DNA from: Octopus vulgaris
Taxonomy: Eukaryota
Direction of reading: 5' to 3'
Assembly (NCBI GenBank): GCA_951406725.2
Contig: OX597818.1
Span: 89,218,001 to 89,282,000, forward strand
Length of the DNA stretch: 64,000 bases
Both the position numbers and the translations under genes were made by a program. Shown piece by piece: positions 51,395-64,000 of this stretch (its first letter is position 1; every line of letters starts with the position of its first letter). Under the pieces are notes generated by a model. It was not told the DNA's origin. It was given only the letters and a program-made list of their open reading frames with translations, and ran no database searches.

Positions 51395-52612
51395 AAACAT
51401 CAGAGAATTCCCAAACATCAAAAGGGGTAGATACAAAAGAGGTTGTAAGATTAGCTGCATTGAAGAAAGTTCGATTCATGGAGATCCGATGAAAGGTTTT
51501 AAACCTAAAGAATTTATGCATGTCTACATATAGCTCATATTGAATATTTGATCAAGTTGTGTGAAGAAATTTTCGGATACAGTCATGCAAAATTTCTGAA
51601 AATCCGAGTAAGAGGCAAAGTGACTGCCATATCATGCAGAGGAAAGTCTGAGTAAAAGCATAGTGACTGTCATATCGTGTAGAGGAACAGATTGTTATTG
51701 AAATTTACAAGAATCGCAGATAAGTTCGATTTTTGGAGATCCGACGAAAAAGTCTTGAACTTACTAAATATGTGTATGTCCTTATAGTTCATAATCCAGT
51801 TTTGTGGAGAGATTTAGGGTACAATCATGCGAAAAATATCAGGGAATCCGAATGAGAAGCAAAATGACAGTCTTATATTGTAGCGGTTCAGGTTGTTAAT
51901 GAATTTTTCAAGAATCACAGAAAGAGGAGGAAGGAGGTAGAAATTTAATCAGTTACTGCTATTTAAGCTGTCAAAGAGAAAGGAAAGGGGAAGCTAAGGG
52001 GATGGTCACAAATTGATACTAACCGAAAAGTCTAAGTTTGTTTAGAACAAAATTCGAACTGAGGTCAACAATTTATTTCTTTATTTATAAATGTTACTAT
52101 TAATAGATTGTCAGGTTACAAAGAGGTCATTAGAAAGGAAAGAAAAATGGGGTTGTTTTTAAATGAAATTAAACAATTATATTATTATTATACTATACTA
52201 TAATACACTACACTATATTATATTATATTATTTTGATATATTATATCACATCACAATACACTACGATAGGTCTGGGATTAGCAGAATTAATTTTTAGTGT
52301 AAAAGAAATTAAGAGATTTAACTAACTAATATTTGTAATGGGATAAAAAATAGACTAAGAAATGGAGATAAAAATAGAGCAAAATTTAATTTATTAATAA
52401 TATGGTCCAATAGAAATAAATCAAATAATTTAAGTCAATAAGTATTAAATAGTACCATCAGAGAAAGAAAAAAATAATAATCATAGCTAGTTAGATCTTA
52501 TCTTTCTAGTTAAATATATAATATACTATGTAGGAGTGATATGTAAGTCAAATTGAATTTTATGCAAAATGATTCCAGTATACAGTTATCAATTGAGATA
52601 TGATTTAAAATA

Positions 52613-52882
52613 TCATTTAAAATATTTAAGAGTCTTAACCCGAGCATGTATACAAGATTTTCCAAGTTCAATTCTGCTGTTTAATTGAATTTCTCCATTA
52701 CTTCTATACATTAGTATTTCAAATGCTTCCATGGAGCAAAGTTGGCAGCCTACTCTGCTATTTTTATAGGGTTTTGCTCTTCTGACTAATTCCCAATTAA
52801 GGTTATATTTGATATTATTGTTTTTTAGTTCCCAAATTTTACTAGAAAGAGTGGTGCTATCAGCCTTATGACGTAAGTTAAA
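52613..52882 (-). pseudogene. GIY-YIG endonuclease C-terminal 89 aa (Naiad-type PLE)
   Basis: FNLRHKADSTTLSSKIWELK...WELVRRAKPY..GCQLCSMEAFEIL...LNSRIELGKSCIHAR..FK*; open frame with no Met start, so absent from the ORF track. Confidence 0.85.
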
Positions 52883-53014
52883 GATGTCCTCGTACGAAAC
52901 GATCGTACCGAGATTTTAATCCATTCTTGTTGCTTTTTTCCTATTTGTAATCACCCCACTTGTCGTATGGTTAACACCATATAGATTTCCGGTGCATCCT
53001 AGTTAAGGACCATA

Positions 53015-53055
<41 letters not shown>

Positions 53056-53057
<2 letters not shown>

Positions 53058-53269
53058 TTTATCTTCTACTTCTTTCAGTCATTAAATGCAGCCATGCTGG
53101 GGCACCGCCCTGAAGAATTTATAGTCGAATGTATAGACCCCAGTACTTTTTTAAGCCTGGTATTTATTCCATCGATATTTTTGCCATACTGCTATGTTAC
53201 AGGGACATAAACTCACCAACACCGGTTGTCAAGCAGTGGAGGGGACAAACACAAACACATATAGATAGA

Positions 53270-53358
<89 letters not shown>

Positions 53359-53512
53359 GATAGGCTTCTTTCAGTTTCCGGGTACCAAATCCATTCACAA
53401 AGCTTTGGTCGCACCGAGGCTATAGTAGAAGACCATTTGCTCAAGGTGCCACGCAATGGCACTGAACCCAGAACAATATGGTTGGGAAGCAAGCTTCTTA
53501 CCATATAGCCAC
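53056..53512 (-). mobile_element. SINE family 1
   Basis: Homology to the other copies. Confidence 0.8.
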
Positions 53513-53523
53513 GTCTGTACCTA

Positions 53524-53582
<59 letters not shown>

Positions 53583-53686
53583 ATATGTATGTATGTATAT
53601 ATATATGTGTGTGTGTATGTATATATATATATATGTATATATGTATATTTATATATGTATGCATGTATATATATGCGTCTGTGTGC

Positions 53687-53779
<93 letters not shown>

Positions 53780-54241
53780 TGTATGTATATATATTTGCTC
53801 ACTCATATACATCTAATATATGTAATCTGTACAATAGATATGTAAACAGGGCTAATTTAGCTATTTCTCTTATGTAAGTTTTTATTTTTCTAAGCGTAGA
53901 AATTTGCCAAAGTGACTCATAAATCGCGCATGACACTTATCAGTCCAATCTGTTTTATAATGCCCTCCACGACACTCTTGGCTTTAGAGTCACTGTTATA
54001 AATTTTTGCTGATTAAAAATTTTTAAACGGTGCATATATATGCACATGTTCTCTTGTTTTTGCTACCAAACCTATATATGTATATATGTATGTTATATAT
54101 ATATATATCACAAAGTAAAGTTTGGGGGAACCGCACGAGTAAAAATATAAGGAAAAGAATCTGGAAATTCAGGAGTGTTTTAAAAGTTAATAAGCACTTT
54201 TAAAAAGTTAATAAGCACTTTTAAAAAAGACTCCTACAGTG

Positions 54242-54316
54242 AACTCCGAAGAAGGAAATATTATTCGATGGACTGTTCCTACAGCCCCTTAATATTTTCT
54301 GAAAAGGCCGTAAGTT
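54242..54316 (+). ncRNA. Hammerhead motif (U4C core)
   Basis: AACT-CCGAAGA-AGGAAATATTA...TAATATTTTCT-GAAAA-GGCC-GTA-AGTT; 11-bp stem II. Confidence 0.65.
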
Positions 54317-54724
54317 TTTAACTGATTTTTTTTTTTTTTTTTACATTTCATGGATATTAACTCACTTTTGCTTTCGTGATATCTCGTATTACTGAACTCT
54401 ATTCTCCCTCGAATACATGTATCTACACACGCAAAAACGTTTTTCATGTCCTTATATCTTAATTCATTTACATTTTATATCTTATTATTTTTATTACATT
54501 TTTTAATTATCTTTTCTTATTTTTTATTATTTGAATTTTTAATATAAACATGTATCCCATCGAAGTCTTATAAATGACTGTAAGCTCGATTTCGTTTTCG
54601 GATGTAAAGTTCTGACAACTGAAATTTTTATCTTCTACAAAAAATTTTTTATTACTCCTTAGCTCATAAACGAGCACTAAACTGTTGTACTATACACGGA
54701 GTATTATCTCCATTAAAAATTCTC

Positions 54725-54776
<52 letters not shown>

Positions 54777-55077
54777 CATATATAGAGAGAGAGAAAGAAA
54801 GGGGAAGGAGAGATACACAAAGAGAGAGAGATGCCGTAGCCAACATAATAATTTGAGAGCTTTTATATGTGTACTTAAAAAGTTTTTCGTACACAAATAT
54901 ACATTGGTATGGGTATGTGGTTAAGAAGGTAGCTTGTAAGCCATTGTAGTCTTGGGTTCAATTCTGCTGCACGGAAACAATATATTCTATTATAGCTCCA
55001 GCTGACCAAAACTTTGTAAGTGGATTTGGTAGACATAAGCAGATAGCTTATTGTACACACACACACACAAACACACG

Positions 55078-55144
<67 letters not shown>

Positions 55145-55909
55145 GTGATCATGTGTTTGTAGTGTGTGTGCCTTTGAGCTTGCGTTTGTCCCCCAACACC
55201 CCTTGACAACTAGTCTGGATATATTTATGTCCTTGTAACCCGTGCGTGTGTATTAGTGTGATATACTTAAATAAAGCGTTCACTTTAGCGCTATTGTATT
55301 ATCCTCAAGAAGTGATATTTGTGGATGTCATTGGTGAAATATTTGCAGAGTATATATCAAATTGCAACGCTTATGAAGACATGTCGGGATTAAATCAGTT
55401 TGTTAGTTCTATGTTTTAGGTTAATATTTTTAATTGTTATTATTATGAGTGCATTGATTGAAAAAGTATTTTTTCATAATGTAAGCATGCACTTGCCTTC
55501 GAACATATATACAGAAAATTTTGAAGCCAAACTTATTAGAATTTTAGATTCTCATCAGAAAAATAATTCGCTTATTCTAAATCATCCATTAACTTATTTT
55601 TATATAATAAATAATCTGAATTATGAGCACCCAAATGACATCACCCTCAAATGTAGCTGCCATTCACCATTTAGTGACTGACACTTACATGCTCCTGTCA
55701 ATAGTAATTGTTCCGAAAAATCTGTTTGCTTTTTAATGACAGCCAAATCTAATATTAATTATAATGATATAGATGACACTAGATTGACAACAAATACATT
55801 TAAACTTAGATAACATCAGTAGACTCACAGTTTCAGAAATTAACCGTGTCGATTCTCTACTAGCCTGGCAATTCATATTTGGTATTTGAAAAATAATAAT
55901 TTATAATTA

Positions 55910-55940
<31 letters not shown>

Positions 55941-56113
55941 GTTGTGATGCATGTGCATGGTGTACCCTTATCAGACGGGTAGTCATGATAGACGAAAAAT
56001 ACGTCGCAGTAGCATTCGCCATATTATATACTTATATACTAGGTTCCCAAATATTTGTATAGTAAAATGCAAAAATTCAATTCGCTAAGGTTAATAATAA
56101 TAATAATAATTAT

Positions 56114-56146
<33 letters not shown>

Positions 56147-56368
56147 GAAATTTTAGCGGGAGGAGGCTAGTTGTTTTCATCCGCCTCAATACTTGACTGG
56201 TATCTATTTTGTCGACTCCGAAATGATGGAAAGGCAAAGTTGACTCTCGACGTTGAATTTAGACTCAGAACGTAAGGATTCCTCAAGACGAAATTCCTGC
56301 TAAGCATTCTGTCCGGCATGCTAACGATTCTGCCAGCTCACCACCTTAATAATAATAATAATAATAAT

Positions 56369-56405
<37 letters not shown>

Positions 56406-56409
<4 letters not shown>

Positions 56410-56712
56410 GAGCACACAGAGAGCGCAAAACTCCGCCAAGGCAACACCAACGCCCTCTCAACGATTAGCCGGAGATTATTTTTGAATGAGAATATCTGAA
56501 ATAAACTCGACTGATCTCGCAAACTAGAATACTAAAAATGAACCCGACCGACCTCAAAAATTAAGTTTAAAAAAGCAGGAAAAATAATCCAGAATCCACG
56601 TCCGGTAACAGATCGATTCGGAAATCACGAGGCCAAAAATGCCTGAAAGTTTTATCCGAATCCATCCAGCGATTCTTGAGATATCTTACCTTCGCCTTGC
56701 TAAGGCGAAGGC

Positions 56713-56714
<2 letters not shown>
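56406..56714 (+). mobile_element. Non-autonomous Helentron/DINE-like element
   Basis: ACAAGAGCAC..GAGAGCGCA..CTCCGCCAAGG start and terminal hairpin CCTTCGCCTT-GCT-AAGGCGAAGG (56689-56711). Confidence 0.5.
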
Positions 56715-56779
<65 letters not shown>

Positions 56780-56780
<1 letters not shown>

Positions 56781-57105
56781 GGTAACTAGAATGTGGAATC
56801 TGAAAACAGAAACAGGTAACTAGAATGTGGAATCTGAAAACAGAAACAATTCCTATCATAGTAGGTGCATTAGGCATGAAAAAAAAATATTCAGACAAAT
56901 ACATAACAAAAACACCAGGACTTACAAACACATATAACATACAGAAAATTGCACTACTAGGCACTGCACACATCCTACGCAGAACACTTTCCATACAATA
57001 ACCATCAGAGCATCACAACAAATCACAGCACATACCCAAGGCACACAGAGCTGCGCTCGGTAGTGAAGTGAAAGCACGCTATAAAAATAAAAATAAAACT
57101 ACTGA
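56780..57105 (+). mobile_element. 3' end of a Dong/R4 element inserted in (TAA)n
   Basis: VTRMWNLKTETIPIIVGALG...IQKIALLGTAHILRRTL; (TAA)n on both sides; 34-bp tandem duplication at the 5' junction. Confidence 0.88.
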
Positions 57106-57302
57106 ATAATAATAATGATAATAATGAAATTTTAGCGGGAGGAGGCCTGTTGTTTTCATCCACCTCAGTACTTGACTGGTATCTATTTTGTCGACCCCGA
57201 AACGATGGATATTACAGTCGACTTTGGGCGGAATTTAGGCTCAGAACAAATTCCGCCAGAAGAAATTCCGCTAAGCCTTTTGTCCGGCATGCTAACGATT
57301 CT

Positions 57303-58083
57303 TATTTCTTTATTGCCCACAACGGGCTAAACACAGAGAGGACAAACAAGGACAGACAAACGGATTAAGTCGATTATATCGACCCCAGTGCGTAACTGGT
57401 ACTTATTTAAATCGACCCCGAAAGTATGAAAGGCAAAGTCGACCTCGCCGGAATATGAACTCAGAACGTAACGGCAGACGAAATACCTATTTCTTACTAC
57501 CCACAACGGGCTAAACACAGAGAGGACAAACAAGGACAGACAAACGGATTAAGTCGATTACATCGACCCCAGTGCGTAACTGGTACTTAATTTATCGACC
57601 CCGAAAGGGATGAAAAGCAAAGTCGACCTCGCCGGTATTTGAACTCAAAATGTAGCGGCAGACAAAATACCTATTTCTTTACTACCCACAAGGAGCTAAA
57701 CACAGAGGAGATAAACAAAGACAGACAAACGGATTAAGTCGATTATATCGACTCCAGTGCGTAACTGGTACTTAATTTATCGACCCCGAAAGGAATGAAA
57801 GGCAAAGTCGACCTCGGCGGAATTTGAACTCAGAAACTAGCAACAAGCGAAATATTTCTTTACTACCCACAACGGGCAAAACACAGAGAAGACAAACAAG
57901 AACAGACAAACGGATTAACTCGATTACATCGACCCCAGTGCGTAACTGGTACTTAATTTATCGACCCCGAAAGGATGAAAGGCAAAGTCGACCTCGGTGG
58001 AATTTGAACTCAGAACGTAACGGCAGACAAAATACCGCTAAGCATTTCGCCCAACGTGCTAACGTTTCTGCCAGCTCGCTGCC
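57303..58083 (-). repeat. Head-to-tail tetramer of SINE family 2
   Basis: Units start at 57303, 57488, 57672, 57853 (period 181-185 bp); only the last keeps the A-box head. Confidence 0.92.
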
Positions 58084-59048
58084 TGTCCCACTAATAGGGA
58101 ATAGACTTATCAGCTTTCTCCATTGTAATCATACGAAATTTTATTTTTGTACCTTGCATTACTTAGTAGACACTTAGAATTAATTTTATCTTACAGACAT
58201 CGGGTTTTTAGAACATTAAAAAAAAAAACTAAGCTATTGTATTTCTAAATAGCTAATAATTAGATGAACACGCGCACGCTTTTGTTCTGATATATTAATG
58301 AATTTCTACTAATATTTTCATTCTACTTCATTACTATTTCATTTTATCTTGACAGATAACACTTTCAACATAATGTTCAAGATCAGTAACAGTAGCTGTA
58401 CGTATCTAGCAAAGCCTTTGCCATCTTAATCATTACAGTTTTCCTATCAGAGAAGTTTATACAATGAAACTATTAAACCTAAAAATTTGATTATAGTAAA
58501 GTTCCATCACTTAATTCATTCATTCTAGTGTTTAAACCGAGACTCTATGTTTGTCTCTCCATTTATTATTTTCATTTAATTATCAAACTAGTTATGAACG
58601 AATTTCCTATTAAACCATTAATTTATTAAACCTCGTTAAATTTATGAAATTGAACTAATTTCTCTTGTTTTTCAAGCATCTTTAATTCAACAGATTAATT
58701 AAATACATACACAATAATTATTTCAGGTCTTAACGTTCTAACACATTCAAACAAGTATCCCACCTCCCTACATTGTATCTATACGTTATCGTTTTACTAC
58801 TTTCTATTTTTATTTTATCCATTTTTACCTGGTAATTAACTTTCGCTCCAATGCATCCAATTCTACACCGAAAGTATTTGATGGCATGTTTAAAATTTAT
58901 TCCTCTATAAATCGAAAGTATTTCCTTTTCTTTCCTTTTTTGTATATCTTATCCAAATTCGTAAACTAGTTCTTTATTTCAAACAATTTTAAGGTAGCTT
59001 ATGTTTTAGCTAACCTTCCAATATATTATTTTCACTTGGTTTTCATTC

Positions 59049-59094
<46 letters not shown>

Positions 59095-59542
59095 CCATTT
59101 AATTTACTGTTCCAGCATATAACAAATTTATTCTAAGTAACAGCTTGTAGTTTGCATTACAACTATAATACTGAATACATATTTTACAGCAATCAATTTC
59201 TTTATAAACGCTATTGGAGTATAGTGGAGAAACGTGTCTAAGTGGTTAGGATATTTGACTCACGATCCATAAGGTCGTGACTTTGATACTCAGCGGCGCC
59301 GCGTTATGTAACTTGAGCAAGACTTTATTTTTCATTGATCCAGTTTACTCTGCTGGCAAAAATAAGCCTGTATTTCAAACGGGGCTATGTTACATTCTGA
59401 GTTAGCTTATCTGAACATAAATACTTTTTGCAACAAAATTAAAAGCTCACAATCATATTGTTGAGCTTTCTCTATCGGTCTTTTTTGCTGAACCGCTAAT
59501 TATGGGGGACAGACACAAAGATATACACATATACATATATAC

Positions 59543-60293
59543 CAATTTGTCGGAAGGATAACCCCGAGGACAGAGAAATAAGAACGCACAGTATAGTAGA
59601 AGCCATAGCCACTCATAGTAAGAAAAAAGAATACTGATGGAATGTCCCGGTGAAAACCTCAATAAAATGTAAGCGCGATAAACCTGATATAATGATTTGG
59701 GATAGAGAAGAGAAACTGTGTACAGTTCTGGAACTTAGCTGCCCAGCGGATGTTAACATAAAGCTGAAGATCAGTAAAAAATAGAACACCTATGCTGAAC
59801 TATTGAGAAATCTGCAGTTACTCTATCCAGATTAGAAGTTCAGATTTATACCTGTAATCATTGGGGCCTTGGGATATGTAACACGCGGCCTAAATACCAA
59901 TCTTCAGAAATTAGGCTTCTCAAAACCAGAAAGGAGAGAGCTAATTCGAAGACTACAGATCCAATCCATCACTGGAACTGTAAAAATCTGTGAAACTTTC
60001 CAGAAGTTTGTCATTTAAATATATATGAGCATGTCTTGATATGTAACTATATGCATGAGAATACATACATAAACCAAAACATACAAATCTGCTCATATGC
60101 ATACAAACATACATACATACATACATACATACATACATACATACATACATACATACATACATGCATACATACAAAAATATCCTACTGTTGATGCTGAAAT
60201 TCCAATGAAGTGGCCTTGGATCTAGGGTAGAAACCGGCTATTTTTCTATTGGCAAGAAATCTTGAAATTAAACTGAATAATTACATACATATA
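59543..60293 (+). mobile_element. 3' part of an RLE-type non-LTR element ending in (CATA)n
   Basis: KPDIMIWDREEKLCTVLELSCPAD...FIPVIIGALG; reverse-complement homologue of 34112-34870. Confidence 0.85.
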
Positions 60294-61690
60294 CGATGGG
60301 CTTCTTTCAGTTTCTGTCTACCAAATCCACTCACAAAGCTTTAGTAGGCCTAAGGTTGTAGTAAAAGACACTTGCCCAAAACGTCACGCAATGGGACTTA
60401 ACCCAGAACCATACGGTTGGGAAGCAAATGTCTTACACCCACAGCCACACCTTCCCTTATTTCTATGTGCATACATACATACATACGTGCATACATACAT
60501 AATTACATACATGCATACATACATACATACATACATACATACATACATACATACATACATACATACATACATACATACATACATACATACATACATACAT
60601 ACATACAGATGTACTACGTGAGTGCGTGCGTATATATATATTTGTTTAGAAATTTCCATTGTGTGAGCTTACTATAGTATTCTCTCTTACTGCTCCAAGA
60701 GTTTAAGTACCTCCATTGTTCGAAACCTTCTCAATTCATTATATGTTCCAGTCAAGTACTAGGACAGGTTAAACTGGCTCTATTTCCTCAATGTGTGCAT
60801 GTGTTATCTTGTGCCTTTGATAGTAACAGCTGCTACAGTTGTTGATATTGTTGTTGTTGTTGCTTTTGCTGCTGTTGTTGTAGTTGATGTTCTTGCTGTT
60901 GTTGTTTAGCCTAAATCAGCCCTGTTTTAGCAGACCTATTATCTTTCCTATCCGATTTTTCCACCAGTTATGTGTATCGGACCGGAAAAAAGACGACTGG
61001 TCGCAGCCGCTTGGGCGCTGGCAATTAGGCACGGCTGACTGGACACTGAATCGTCTTTTGGGTGATGGTACACTTTGGCACTCGAGGTAAACACTCATAA
61101 ACAGAGGGCAAGTTGGGGAAAAACGAGAGAAGCATTGAAATGTCTGGTGTTAAATAAGTCGCTACGTTCTGAGGTCACATCATCGTCGAAGCAGCGTCGC
61201 CAAAACGGCTGTACCAAACTACCCATCCCCGTACAAGACTGCTGTTATATTACCTATTTGTGATTTTCTTTTTTTTTTTTTTCTAAGAAAAAGCAGGATG
61301 TGAAATGAGGGAGGTTTGGCTGCTATTTCTAATAGTTCAAACTACTACATAAAGATTTCTTCATCGGCGTTGTTATTACGTTATTTTTTAACCCCAGGTC
61401 ATCTACGATCAAAACATACGTATGATCAAAGCATTAAAGCTGTGAGCGTCCCACCCCATTATATAACATAATGCATCTAGGCCTATATTATCCAATGTGA
61501 CCTTGAGTTTATACGACGGTTGACTGCTGCTTCTTGAAAGTTGAGACAACACGTAGAGTAGGCATGCGCAGTATTTTCCTGCAAGCGGGTCACATAATAC
61601 ATGGTTTATCATTAGGCTCCAAGGTAATTTGTCGTTAAGCGAGTCATTCATGAAGTCCCGCGGATCGCAAATTGCCTATGACCAACAAAC

Positions 61691-61922
61691 TCTCTTTACT
61701 CTCTTTTACTCTTTTACTTCTTTCAGTCGTTTGACTGTGGCCATGCTGGAGCACCGCCTTCAGTCGAGCAAATCGACCCGAGGACTTATTCTTTGTAAGC
61801 CTAGTACTTATTCTATCGGGCTCTTATGCCGAACCGCTAAGTTACGGGGGCGTAAACACCCCAGCATCGGTTGTCGAGCGATGTTGGGGGACAACCACAG
61901 ACACACAAACGTATACATACAC

Positions 61923-62010
<88 letters not shown>

Positions 62011-62133
62011 CGACGGTCTTCTTTCAATTTCCGCCTTTGGTCGGCTTTGGTCGGCCCGAGGCTATAGCAGACGACATTTGGCCAAGGTGTCACGCAGTGG
62101 GACTGAACCCGGAACCATGTGGTTCGTTAGCAA
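61691..62133 (-). mobile_element. SINE family 1
   Basis: Homology to the other copies; further head fragments at 60292-60450 and 62579-62739. Confidence 0.85.
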
Positions 62134-62138
62134 GGTAG

Positions 62139-62273
62139 CGGCGCGTGGGTTAGTGGTTAGGATGTTGGACTCATGATCGTAAGATTGTGGTTTCGATTCC
62201 ACTTCATTTCATTGCCCTAGTCCAATCAGCTGGCAAAAATGAGTAATCCTGCGAAGGACAGGCGTTCCGTCCA
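62139..62273 (+). mobile_element. tRNA-derived SINE head with a V-domain-like block
   Basis: GGCGCGTGGGTTAGTGGTTAG...GGTTTCGATTCC then CCTGCGAAGGACAGGCGTTCCGTCCAG. Confidence 0.5.
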
Positions 62274-62387
62274 GAGATAGATATATAGATAGATAGACAG
62301 ACAGACAGACATATAGATAGATAGATAGATAGATATCTTTTTAATCATGACAGACAAAGAGGCTTCTTCGTTTGACAGACTGATAGA

Positions 62388-62484
<97 letters not shown>

Positions 62485-62509
62485 GATAGATAGATAGACA
62501 GACAGACAT

Positions 62510-62580
<71 letters not shown>

Positions 62581-62739
62581 CGACGGGGTTCTTTCAGTTT
62601 CCGTCTACCAAATCCACTCACAAGGCTTTGGTCGGCCCGAGGCTATAGTAGAGGACACTTGCCGAAAGTGCCACGCAGTAGGACTGAACCCAAAACCATG
62701 TGGTTAGTAAGCAAGCTACCTACCCCACTGCCACTCCTG

Positions 62740-64000
62740 TGTTATTGTTGTTGTTGTTGTTGTTTATGTTGCTGCTGCTGCTGTTAAAATTCTTTTGTGT
62801 TGAATATATTTTGATGTTGTGGTAGCGGCTGTAGTGGTGGCGTCGATGTTGTTAACATTGGCATAGTTACTGTTGGCTTTTTTCAAAAGTGCTGGTGGTT
62901 GTAATGGTGCCAATGGTAGTAGCATTAGTAGTGGTGGTTGTGATTGCAGTGGTGGTGGTGATGGTGGTAGTGATGGTTGTGGTGGTTGTGATTGCAGTGG
63001 TGGTGGTGATAGTGGTAGTGATGGTTGTGGTGGTGTTTGTTGTGGTGATTGTGGTTGTTGTGGTGGTGGTGGTGGTGGTGATGGCGGTTGCGGTGATGGT
63101 GGTGGTGGTGGTGGTGGTGGTAGTGATGGTGATGGTGCTAGGGAAGGTGGTGGTGACGGTGGTAGTGGTATGGTGGTGGTGGTGATGGTGGTGATGGTGG
63201 TGATGGTGGTGATGGTGGTGGTGGTGGTAGTGATGGTGGTGGTGGTTGTAGTGATGGTGGTAGTGGTGGTGGCAATGGTGGTAATGGTGGTAGTGGTGGT
63301 GGCAATGGTGGTAATGGTGGTAGTGGTGGTACTGGGGTGTTGGTGGTGATAGTGCATTTGTGTTGATGTAGCAGTGGTGGTAGTAGTACGCTTCATGTTC
63401 TTGATATTGTTGTTGTTGCTTCTATTAACCCTTTATTGAGTCCTTTTTACTGCTTCTATTGCTGTTGTGGTTGTAGTTTTCCTTTTTTTTTCTATTGATC
63501 ATATGGTTGTTGCAGTTGTTGTTGTTGGTGCAGCATTTCCCTCTTTGCTGCTACTAGTGCTGCTGCTGCTATTATTCCTATTCTTGTCATTCTTCTTGCT
63601 CTTATTGCTCTTGTTTCTTTTGCTGCTGCTGCTGCTGGTGCTACTGCTGCTACTGCTGCAGTTGCTGTTGTTACTGTTATTGTGGTTGTTGTTGTTGTTG
63701 CAGTTGCTGTTGCTGTTTCAGTTGCTGTTGTTGTTGGTGCTGCTGGTGCAGTTGTTGTTGTTGTTGCAGTTGCTGTTTCAGTTGCTGTTGTTGTTGATGC
63801 TGCTGTTGTAGTTGTTGTTGTTGTTGTTGCTGTTGTTGTTGTTGCTGTTGTTGTTGCTCTTGCAGTTACTGTTGTTGTTGTTGCTGCTGTTGCAGTTGCT
63901 GTTGTTGTTGGTGCTGCTGTTGCAGTTGTTGTTGTTGTTGTTGCTGTTGCTGTTGCAGTTGCTGTTGTTGTTGGTGCTGCTGTTTCAGTTGCTGTTGTTG
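62740..64000. repeat. Long compound (GTT/GGT/GAT/GCT)n trinucleotide low-complexity tract
   Basis: Directly visible; produces homopolymeric ORFs in several frames. Confidence 0.9.

Larger units (their letters stand above)
51278..53018 (-). mobile_element. 5'-truncated Naiad-type PLE with inverted partial pLTR, in (TA)n
   Basis: Endonuclease C-terminus, about 1.3-kb UTR, hammerhead; 52878-52944 is an inverted copy of 51276-51342; (TA)n on both sides. Confidence 0.88.

Noticed and set aside
52500-52615. SECIS after the Naiad-type ORF ends (also 49200-49556)
   Set aside because: No AUGA...AA...GA kink-turn stem of proper geometry could be built by eye
57303-58083. CRISPR-like array
   Set aside because: Whole ~184-bp units repeat with no unique spacers; eukaryotic SINE sequence
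62764-63811. Thr/Pro-, Gly/Cys- and Leu/Gln-rich ORFs (also 3337-4232, 9661-10109, 25442-26003)
   Set aside because: Stop-free trinucleotide repeats open in several frames and strands; no domain or splice support

Overview
Eukaryotic, AT-rich window saturated with microsatellites and transposons. The SINE families look like those of octopod cephalopods (inference). No cellular gene is recognisable; only a few low-confidence exon candidates exist, and almost all ORFs in the track are microsatellite or antisense artefacts. The real coding content is transposon-derived. There are four Penelope-like elements (PLEs): two long RT + GIY-YIG ORFs at 16045-17844(-) and 27040-29254(+), and two Naiad-type remnants at about 49.5-51 kb and 51.3-53 kb. 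Also present are R4/Dong-type RLE non-LTR fragments, an RTE tail, Tc1/mariner/pogo remnants, Helitron-like elements and many tRNA-derived SINEs. The most striking signal is catalytic RNA. About 18 type-I hammerhead ribozyme motifs from many unrelated short elements were found, nearly all with the 3' end pointing into an adjacent (TA)n/(TATG)n/(GATA)n tract, and with recurrent core variants (U4C, A6U). One element has a tRNA-derived head, a hammerhead and a PLE-style inverted end (candidate PLE-mobilised SINE). Other notable items: a candidate HDV-like ribozyme, a fixed-spacing CCAAT/CRE array plus TATA box in a PLE 3' region, an in-frame TGA at a zinc-finger Cys position in a Naiad-type PLE, and several long hairpins. 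All structures were folded by eye and need computational and experimental confirmation.
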